Below are positions 56,902-64,000 of a stretch of DNA of 64,000 bases, piece after piece. The notes below the pieces were generated by a model. That model saw only the letters and a list, made by a program, of their open reading frames with translations, did no database searches and was not told the origin of the DNA. The DNA comes from Spirochaetota bacterium (GTDB taxonomy: Bacteria > Spirochaetota > UBA4802 > UBA5550): positions 320,001-384,000 of the forward strand of contig CAXXHB010000003.1 of the NCBI GenBank assembly GCA_963664815.2, in the 5' to 3' direction. The stretch's first letter is position 1; every line of letters begins with the position of its first letter. The position numbers and the translations under genes were made by a program.

Positions 56902-59283
56902 ATGAAAAAGTATTTTGCAGTATTATTTATTTATGCTTTTCTTCTTTCGGGAACTGGACTTTTTTCACAGGAGAATAAAACTGATGAAAAAGCAGCAGAG
57001 AAAATAACTGAAGATTCCGTTAAAAAAAAGAAAAAGTCAACTAAGCCTTTTGAACAGGGAGCAATTATCGTGCGGGGAGAAAAAGACGCTACGATAGACA
57101 AGGCAACGACACAGACAGTCGTGACTGAGAAGGATATTGAAGCCCATAACGACAAGTCGCTCAATGATACACTTCAACTTGTCTCTGGTTTCCAGACATA
57201 TCAGCACGGAAAGGGTCACATCCGCTTCAGGATGCGAGGATTTGAGATGCCATATGTAGCGCTCCTTGTTGATGGAATTCCGTTTGCCGATGTCTATGAG
57301 GCTAATCTTGATATTTCAAAAATTCCTGTGATGAATGCTTCGGAGATAATTATCAATCGCGGGACTTGCTCGGCACTGTATGGGACAACAGGAACAATCG
57401 GGTCAATAAATGTTATTTCAAAGAAACCGGTCGATCTGTATCTGAAAGGTAGTGCTGAATATGGAGTAAATGGCGATTATACTATTAATGCAGCTCACGG
57501 TAATGCAATAGGCGGATTTTATTACTGGCTGACAGCCAATGTAGAAAATCAGGCGCCATTTGAGGTGTCAAAAAAATTAACAAAAGCGAAACGCCAGGAG
57601 TGGTACGATAAATTTTTCCCGAATGTAGGATACACAAATACTTCCTCAACGGCCAATAATACATATCTTAATGATACAGGAGATTGGCCGCACCAGGAGA
57701 TGCTCAAATATAATATTACAGGCAAAACCGGATATAAGATTTCTGATAAACTTGAAGCCGGTATCAGCGCAAGTTATACTGAAAGTGAGGCAAAACGATA
57801 TAGCAACAGTCTCAGCAATATTGAACAGCATACTTATAATACCACCACGCATGTCTGGTATTGGAAAGAACCGACATCTTCGTTACCCTATGCACTTGGC
57901 TCGGGAGCATTCAATTGGCGGGAAGTATACACTGTTAATGTGTCTCCTTATATTTCATATGAAAACAAAAATCTGAAGATCAAGGCAAATACATTTTATA
58001 TCTATACCGACGAAGATCTTGATGGATACCAGGATGAAGCTGAAACTGTAGCGGTTAAGGGCTGGGGCGGTGCTCATTCCAACTGGCAGAATACATCTGC
58101 AGGGTTTAATATATTTCCAACATATAAAATGGTTGAGTGGAATAAGATTAATACATCGTTATTATTCCGCTGGGATAAACATCTTGAACGTCAACAGGCA
58201 GATGAACAATACGCATCAAGCCCTCAGGGAGTATATACCAATTCATATAATTTTGCTGGATATGACTGGTTTGATACAAAACTGATGACAGGCAGACAGT
58301 TTACTCTTGCAATTGAAGATGAAATTGATCTTGATAAATTGATAGAGGTTCCTGTTAATATAAGTGCCGGAATTTCATATGATGCTCAAAGTTTTGATAA
58401 ATACAAAAAGAGGGATACCTCGGGAACTACTTATGGAGATCTTCTTGAACAATATATTGCAAAAGACGATTCTGTTCTATGGGGAACAAGAGATTCATTT
58501 AATCCTGTTATAGGACTGACATATGAACCGCTGAAAGATTTTCTGCTTCTGCGAAGTTCATATTCGCAGAAAACAAAACTTCCGACAATGTCACAGTATG
58601 CCAATGTTACTGATTCCACACTGGATACAGGATTGAAGACTGAAAAATCATATAATACTAATGCCGGTTTTGAACTGTTTTTTCTTGATAAAGAGATAAG
58701 CTTTAGAACTGATTACTTTTTTACAAGGTTTAAGGACAAAATTGCAACTGTTTATAATACTGATACATTTCTTAAAACTTACACGAATATAGAAGGTGAA
58801 GATCATCAGGGAGTAGAGGCTATTGTCAAGACATCTTTTGACAGAGTTTTCGATATCATGTCAGTAGATTCTGATTTTTCCTATACATATCTACGAGTCA
58901 GAAACCTTGATACCGGCAGCCAGGATTCAAATATTTATATGGGAAAGAAATTAATTGATATCCCCGAGCATCAGGTTACAGGTGATATAAGATTTAATTT
59001 CATATCAAAGACTTCCCTGAATATATTCGGAAGCTATACTGCGAATGCAATCAAATATGTAATGACGAGTAATCCGGGTACATCGGCTACATATACAACC
59101 AGCTATTTCAAAGAAGTCAAACTTCATAATCCATTAATGATAAATATCAAAATTTCACAGATCTTCATGGAGAAGTATGAAGCATTTGCCATGTGTAAAA
59201 ATATTATGGATGATTATGCTGCCGATCCATTTAATCCGGGTCCCGGAAGACAGTTCAGCTTTGGTGTAAAAGCTGAAATATAA
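56902..59283 (+). CDS. TonB-dependent outer-membrane receptor
   Basis: Signal peptide; plug motifs RMRGF...LLVDGIP, IIINRG..SALYG...G.INVISK; LKTEKS; PGPGRQFSFGVKAEI. Confidence 0.92.
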   Translation: MKKYFAVLFIYAFLLSGTGLFSQENKTDEKAAEKITEDSVKKKKKSTKPFEQGAIIVRGEKDATIDKATTQTVVTEKDIEAHNDKSLNDTLQLVSGFQTYQHGKGHIRFRMRGFEMPYVALLVDGIPFADVYEANLDISKIPVMNASEIIINRGTCSALYGTTGTIGSINVISKKPVDLYLKGSAEYGVNGDYTINAAHGNAIGGFYYWLTANVENQAPFEVSKKLTKAKRQEWYDKFFPNVGYTNTSSTANNTYLNDTGDWPHQEMLKYNITGKTGYKISDKLEAGISASYTESEAKRYSNSLSNIEQHTYNTTTHVWYWKEPTSSLPYALGSGAFNWREVYTVNVSPYISYENKNLKIKANTFYIYTDEDLDGYQDEAETVAVKGWGGAHSNWQNTSAGFNIFPTYKMVEWNKINTSLLFRWDKHLERQQADEQYASSPQGVYTNSYNFAGYDWFDTKLMTGRQFTLAIEDEIDLDKLIEVPVNISAGISYDAQSFDKYKKRDTSGTTYGDLLEQYIAKDDSVLWGTRDSFNPVIGLTYEPLKDFLLLRSSYSQKTKLPTMSQYANVTDSTLDTGLKTEKSYNTNAGFELFFLDKEISFRTDYFFTRFKDKIATVYNTDTFLKTYTNIEGEDHQGVEAIVKTSFDRVFDIMSVDSDFSYTYLRVRNLDTGSQDSNIYMGKKLIDIPEHQVTGDIRFNFISKTSLNIFGSYTANAIKYVMTSNPGTSATYTTSYFKEVKLHNPLMINIKISQIFMEKYEAFAMCKNIMDDYAADPFNPGPGRQFSFGVKAEI

Positions 59284-59305
59284 TACTGTTAAACTTTAAA
59301 AAAAG

Positions 59306-59360
59306 ATTAATGAATATTCGTATTGCAGGAGTTTATTCTGCAATGCGAATATTCATTAAT
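59306..59360 (+). terminator. 25-bp stem-loop after the TonB receptor gene
   Basis: ATTAATGAATATTCGTATTGCAGGA-GTTTA-TTCTGCAATGCGAATATTCATTAAT, two G-U pairs on the + strand. Confidence 0.6.
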
Positions 59361-59589
59361 GGCAAATATTCCAAACTTAATATAATTGAATTTAAAAACT
59401 AGCATCCCCGGTGAGCAGAATCGAACCATGAATGTTCCATTCATCAATATGACAGCTCTCGGGAATTCTGGTTTTATGCAACTGAAGAAGAGCGGTGGTG
59501 TTTGTTTTGTGAATATAATTAAAGACTATGGTGATATTGTACGGAGACTTGCATAATGATGATTTAATAATTTAAAACAGGAGTATGTT

Positions 59590-60186
59590 ATGGGTATAAA
59601 ACAAAACGATAATCTTGATCTGGATAAATGTCTTGAAGATGCAAAAGAGTTTCACGGCGACGCCTGCGGCGGGATACAGATGGGAACACGCATGGCAATA
59701 CGCGGAATGAAAGAAATAGGGATTTATGATCCGAAGGGGGAAGACAGAAAAGATCTTATGGTTATTGTAGAAATTGACAGGTGTCCCACTGACGCGATCC
59801 TTGCGGTAACGGGATGCCACCCCGGGAAGCGTACAATGAAAATACTCGATTACGGTAAAATGGCAGCAACATTTATTAACCTGAAAACAAACAAAGCAGT
59901 GAGAGTATCTGCAAGAAACAGGCAGGGGGATGAAATAAAGACCCGTGATATGATTGAAAACCAGCCCATGACTGACGATTTCGCAACTCTCAGTGATGAT
60001 GAACTTTTTACGGTTACTGAGGTAAAGGTTCATTTAAAACCGGAGGATATGCCCGGCAGGCCGGTCAGGTCCATTCCATGTGCATTATGCGGTGAGCGTG
60101 TACTTGATATGAAAGATATGGAAATAAACGGGAAGTATTACTGCAGGCCCTGCGCTGAAAATAAAAGTTATTATACAGCAGTATAA
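59590..60186 (+). CDS. FmdE/FwdE-family protein with C-terminal C4 zinc finger
   Basis: FHG..C.G..MG.RM, VEIDRC.TDA...TGC..GK, DYGKMAATF, CALCGE...CRPC; AGGAG RBS. Confidence 0.88.
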   Translation: MGIKQNDNLDLDKCLEDAKEFHGDACGGIQMGTRMAIRGMKEIGIYDPKGEDRKDLMVIVEIDRCPTDAILAVTGCHPGKRTMKILDYGKMAATFINLKTNKAVRVSARNRQGDEIKTRDMIENQPMTDDFATLSDDELFTVTEVKVHLKPEDMPGRPVRSIPCALCGERVLDMKDMEINGKYYCRPCAENKSYYTAV

Positions 60187-60202
60187 CAGGACGTGAATAG
60201 TC

Positions 60203-61042
60203 ATGAATAACGCGGCGAAATACCCCATTACGGATATCACAGATATCGACTGGAGCGAAGTGATTAAAAATAAAAAAAATGCCAGAATTGAGCCGGTTAA
60301 AAACAGCTCAGAGTTCTGGAATAAACGCGCCCCTTCATTTGCAGATCACGCCGGTAAGACATTTTATCCTGAGGCATTTCTGAAAATTATGAATCCGGAG
60401 TCTTCATGGACTGTTCTTGATATGGGATGCGGGGCCGGGACTCTGGCAATACCACTTGCAGATAAGGTTAAGCATATTACTGCCGTGGATTTTTCCGGGA
60501 AGATGATTGAGATACTCCGTGTTGAAGCAGAGAGGCGAGGAATAAATAATATTGAAACAATAAATGCGAGCTGGAGCGATAACTGGAATGAATACGGTAT
60601 TGGTACCTATGATGTCGCTTTGGCTTCACGTTCACTTGCGGTGGATGATATTCAGTCTGCACTGACAAGGCTGAATAATGCCGCGCAAAAACGTGTGGTA
60701 ATTTCTACAGTTGTAGGAGACGGCCCTTTTGACCGGAAGATGTTTGCAGCAGTCGGGAGAGAACGGGCGGAAAATATCGATTATATATACTTTTATAATC
60801 TATTATATCAGATGGGTATTTTTGCCAATATCGCGTTTATTACAGAGGATAATAATAAAACATTTGAAAGTCATAAAGATGCATGTGAATCCATGAAGTG
60901 GATGTTTCAGGATATGACCCCTGACGAAGAATTGCATTTAAAAAAATATTTAGCCGATCATCTTGTGGATGTGAATGGATCATTTACCCTTGATTATAAA
61001 AGAATTTCACGTTGGGCAGTCATCTGGTGGGATAAGGAATAA
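60203..61042 (+). CDS. Class I SAM-dependent methyltransferase
   Basis: FWNKRAPSF, VLDMGCGAGTLAIPLA, AVDFS, YDVALASRSL. Confidence 0.9.
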   Translation: MNNAAKYPITDITDIDWSEVIKNKKNARIEPVKNSSEFWNKRAPSFADHAGKTFYPEAFLKIMNPESSWTVLDMGCGAGTLAIPLADKVKHITAVDFSGKMIEILRVEAERRGINNIETINASWSDNWNEYGIGTYDVALASRSLAVDDIQSALTRLNNAAQKRVVISTVVGDGPFDRKMFAAVGRERAENIDYIYFYNLLYQMGIFANIAFITEDNNKTFESHKDACESMKWMFQDMTPDEELHLKKYLADHLVDVNGSFTLDYKRISRWAVIWWDKE

Positions 61043-61046
61043 TCAT

Positions 61047-61868
61047 ATGCAGGGTGCAATGACACAGAATAATGAGATACTTGAAATTGAAAATATCAAT
61101 TTCAGTTACCATGAACGCAGGATTCTTAACGGGATAAACTTTTCGGTAAAAAAAGGGGAGATTTGCGGTTTGCTTGGACCCAATGGCTGTGGCAAGACTA
61201 CATTGCTCAAATGCATTAACAGAGTTTTACATCCCGGATCGGGAACAATTCGGGTTCAGGGACGTGATGTGTCCAAAATGTCCAGGGATGAAATAGCGGG
61301 GATGATAGCGGTTGTGCCGCAGGAACTGAATGTGGTTTTCTCATTTACCGTTATGCAGATGGTTCTTATGGGAGGGAGTGTGCGGTACGGCTTTTCCGGT
61401 ATCCCGGGTAAAAAAGAGTATCTATATGCGTTTGAAATTCTTGAAGAGCTTAATATTGAGGATCTTGCAAACCGGAGGTTTAATGAACTTTCCGGCGGAG
61501 AAAAACAGGTGGTGCTGATAGCACGAGCCCTGTTTCAGAAAGCTGAAATAATGTTGCTTGATGAGCCGACATCTCACCTCGACTTTAAGCGCCAGCATAT
61601 AATAATGGAAATGATTAAAAAAATATCTGAGGAGAAAGGGCTTACAACTCTTATCACACTTCATGATCCGAATACAGCCGGAAGATACTGTAACAAGCTG
61701 ATTATGCTGAACAGAGGGTGCGTCTGTCACCAGGGTTCCCGGGAAAAGATTTTTGATGTGGAATCACTTGAATCAGTTTATGAAATGAAGATAAAAATAG
61801 AACGTACAGACACGGGGGCTGATTATGTGACTCCCCATTCTATCCAGAGGGAAAATGAAAAAAATTAG
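61047..61868 (+). CDS. Iron-chelate/cobalamin-type ABC transporter ATPase (FecE/BtuD-like)
   Basis: GPNGCGKT, VPQ, LSGGEKQ, LDEPTSHLD, TLHDPN; start 61047 or 61059. Confidence 0.9.
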   Translation: MQGAMTQNNEILEIENINFSYHERRILNGINFSVKKGEICGLLGPNGCGKTTLLKCINRVLHPGSGTIRVQGRDVSKMSRDEIAGMIAVVPQELNVVFSFTVMQMVLMGGSVRYGFSGIPGKKEYLYAFEILEELNIEDLANRRFNELSGGEKQVVLIARALFQKAEIMLLDEPTSHLDFKRQHIIMEMIKKISEEKGLTTLITLHDPNTAGRYCNKLIMLNRGCVCHQGSREKIFDVESLESVYEMKIKIERTDTGADYVTPHSIQRENEKN

Positions 61869-62868
61869 TCCATTTATAATCATCACTGTTTTACTCATGG
61901 CGGGAATTATCTTTGCTCTTACAGTCGGGCAATATCATATTAAACCTGAAACACTCCGGGAGATAATAATGTCAAAGTTTTCCGGAAAAACAGCAGGAGA
62001 TGATCTTGAAACCCCTGCAATGGTGCTGTGGTCTGTAAGGCTGCCAAGGGTAACAATGGCATTACTTGCGGGAACCGCGCTTTCAGTTGGTGGAGTTGTT
62101 TTTCAGGGGATAATGAGAAATCCCCTTGTATCACCTTCATTTCTTGGTGTTACACATGGAGCTGTATTCGGCGCATCCATTGCTATAATATTTGTCAGTA
62201 AATCATCCCTTTCTATTGAAACCTCCGCTTTTATCTGGGCAGTTGCTGCGGTGGTAATGGTTTATGTTGTAGGGGGCCGCGGGATAAATACACTTACCAC
62301 TCTTGTCATTGCCGGTGTTATTATATCTACATTTTTCCAGGCAGCAGGTTCTTTCTTGAAATATATTGCCGACCCGTATGAAGAGCTTCCTTCAATCGTG
62401 TTCTGGATGATGGGTGGGTTGAATAATGTTCTCTGGGTGAATGTTATCAGGGCATCGGTAATTATAACATTTGGTGTTGCCGTGATTTATGTATTCAGGT
62501 GGAAACTGAACCTCATGGCTTTGGGTGATGAGGAAGCTTTGTCAATGGGAGTGAATGTCAGACTAACACGAATACTGTTTATGCTTTTCGGTACACTTAT
62601 TGTGGCAGCAGGGAGTTCATCATGCGGGATAATTATGTGGGTTGATCTGATCGTAGCACATATATCGCGATTAATAGTAGGGCCAGATCATAAAAGGCTG
62701 GTACCGTTTGCAGCCCTTCTTGGCGCTTTTTTTCTGCTTATGACAGATACAATTGTCCGCAGTATTCCGGGTGGTGAAATTCCTATAAGTATTATTACAT
62801 CATTTATCGGGGCTCCATTGCTGGGATATCTGCTGATGAAACAGAATAAACAATGGAGTGAGCAATAA
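61855..62868 (+). CDS. FecCD/BtuC-family ABC permease
   Basis: VRLPR, QGIMRNPLVSP..LG...GA, W.MGG, LGDEEA.SMGV, H..RL..G.DH, GEIP. Confidence 0.92.
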   Translation: MKKISPFIIITVLLMAGIIFALTVGQYHIKPETLREIIMSKFSGKTAGDDLETPAMVLWSVRLPRVTMALLAGTALSVGGVVFQGIMRNPLVSPSFLGVTHGAVFGASIAIIFVSKSSLSIETSAFIWAVAAVVMVYVVGGRGINTLTTLVIAGVIISTFFQAAGSFLKYIADPYEELPSIVFWMMGGLNNVLWVNVIRASVIITFGVAVIYVFRWKLNLMALGDEEALSMGVNVRLTRILFMLFGTLIVAAGSSSCGIIMWVDLIVAHISRLIVGPDHKRLVPFAALLGAFFLLMTDTIVRSIPGGEIPISIITSFIGAPLLGYLLMKQNKQWSEQ

Positions 62869-63951
62869 ATGAATAAGAAAGTCCTTTTTTCTGTCTTGGT
62901 TGCAGCTTTTTCAATATTTATTGTTTTTTTAATAATTTCCGGGTTAAGATATCATAAAAATCCGCCTGATACAGGTGCATATAAAACTATAACGGATATG
63001 GATGACCGAAAGATAGAGGTTCCCTCTGATCCCCGGCGGATTGCATGTTTACATGGTGTTTCCTTTGAAAGGATTGTAATTCTTGGGGAAGGGAATCGCC
63101 TTGTTCTGTCTATGAAAGCTTCTCCATGGATGCTGAAGCTTTTTCCGGAGGTGAAAAGTTCTCAGATTGTAGAACCTCCATACACCGGTAATATTGAGAG
63201 AATGCTTGATCTTAAAGTGGATCTGGTATTTTATTCCCCTTTCCCGGGGGAGGCGGAAAAATATAAAGCTGCCGGGATAAAAAATGCATGCGGATTTTCA
63301 GCACAAAAAAGGCCGAGAACCCTTGAAGAATATTCAGAAAACTTTAAACGGCAGATAAATTTTTTTGGTGAGCTGCTTGGCCCTGATGCCAGAGTGAGAG
63401 CTGCCAGGTACTGTATATATTTTGATAAGAAAATCGGTCAGATTCGCGCAATAACATCAAAAATAAAGGAAAAGGATCGTCCGAGGATTTATTATGGAGG
63501 CAGAGGCGGGAATCCGTTAAACAGCCAGGGAAAAGCCAGCGTGATGAACTGGGATACCGAAATTGCAGGTGGTAATTTTCTTCCCCAATCGATGGATAAT
63601 AATTTTGTAGAAGTCAACATGGAACAGGTAATTGCGTGGGATCCTGACATTATTCTTCTCAGCGGATGGTGCAGTTCCACTGATATGATTAAAAAAAATC
63701 CTGCATGGGGATCTCTGCGGGCTGTTAAAACCGGGAAAGTTTTTCTTATACCTGAGGGAGTTCTCTTATGGGATTTTGCCAGCGGGGAGAGTGTTCTATT
63801 AATGATTTACATGGCAAAGATATTCTATCCTGAACAATTTAAAGAGTGGAATATGGCAGATGAAATGAAAAAATTTTATTCAGAAATATATGATAAAAAA
63901 ATAACAGATAATGATGCGGAAAGAATATTGAAGCATCTTCCGCCAATGTGA
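62869..63951 (+). CDS. Class III (TroA/FepB/BtuF-like) substrate-binding protein
   Basis: N-terminal TM anchor; TITDMDDR.I.VP.DPRRI, NIE.ML....D, V.MEQVIAWDPDII, LRAVKTGKV. Confidence 0.88.
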   Translation: MNKKVLFSVLVAAFSIFIVFLIISGLRYHKNPPDTGAYKTITDMDDRKIEVPSDPRRIACLHGVSFERIVILGEGNRLVLSMKASPWMLKLFPEVKSSQIVEPPYTGNIERMLDLKVDLVFYSPFPGEAEKYKAAGIKNACGFSAQKRPRTLEEYSENFKRQINFFGELLGPDARVRAARYCIYFDKKIGQIRAITSKIKEKDRPRIYYGGRGGNPLNSQGKASVMNWDTEIAGGNFLPQSMDNNFVEVNMEQVIAWDPDIILLSGWCSSTDMIKKNPAWGSLRAVKTGKVFLIPEGVLLWDFASGESVLLMIYMAKIFYPEQFKEWNMADEMKKFYSEIYDKKITDNDAERILKHLPPM

Positions 63952-63956
63952 ATATC

Positions 63957-64000
63957 ATGAGAAAGAAAGCTGTAATCCTTATATTCATTATCTGTGCAGC
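63957..64000 (+). CDS. Start of a further exported protein, truncated by the window edge
   Basis: ATG 5 nt after the previous stop; MRKKAVILIFIICA signal-peptide-like start. Confidence 0.5.
   Translation, partial: MRKKAVILIFIICA

Overview
AT-rich bacterial chromosomal window, mostly housekeeping. Recognisable homologues of the Leptospira proteins FcpA (flagellar coiling) and OmpL37 suggest a spirochaete related to the Leptospirae (inference from remembered sequence motifs; no search was run). Contents: REC-REC-GGDEF diguanylate cyclase, HEAT-repeat protein, HATPase-like protein, panE, type III glutamine synthetase converging on a hydantoinase/oxoprolinase-family ATPase plus HDAC-family deacylase pair, polysaccharide deacetylase, neuB, glpK, a stand-alone MshEN-like mini-protein, ilvE, ino1, fcpA, DnaC/IstB-like ATPase-folK, gap-tpiA-secG-metK, an envelope/secretion run (beta-barrel OMP, bamA, Skp-like, L,D-transpeptidase, yajC, X, secDF), ribD-ribE, an active-site-altered type I GS with a Gfo/Idh/MocA partner, an OmpL37-like protein, a CPA2-EIIA antiporter operon with a large protein carrying a permuted LysM-like domain, potABCD, and a TonB receptor-FmdE-methyltransferase-FecCD-type ABC uptake locus running off the end. 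No rRNA, tRNA, CRISPR array, prophage or transposase was recognised. Best leads: (1) the ASKHA ATPase/HDAC pair next to GSIII as a candidate writer/eraser acylation or two-step amide-processing system; (2) the GS-I paralogue lacking its catalytic NRS arginine; (3) the stand-alone MshEN protein; (4) the CPA2-EIIA(H->N) / degenerate MBL-permuted LysM operon; (5) a hairpin-dense non-coding island at 2.9-3.3 kb.
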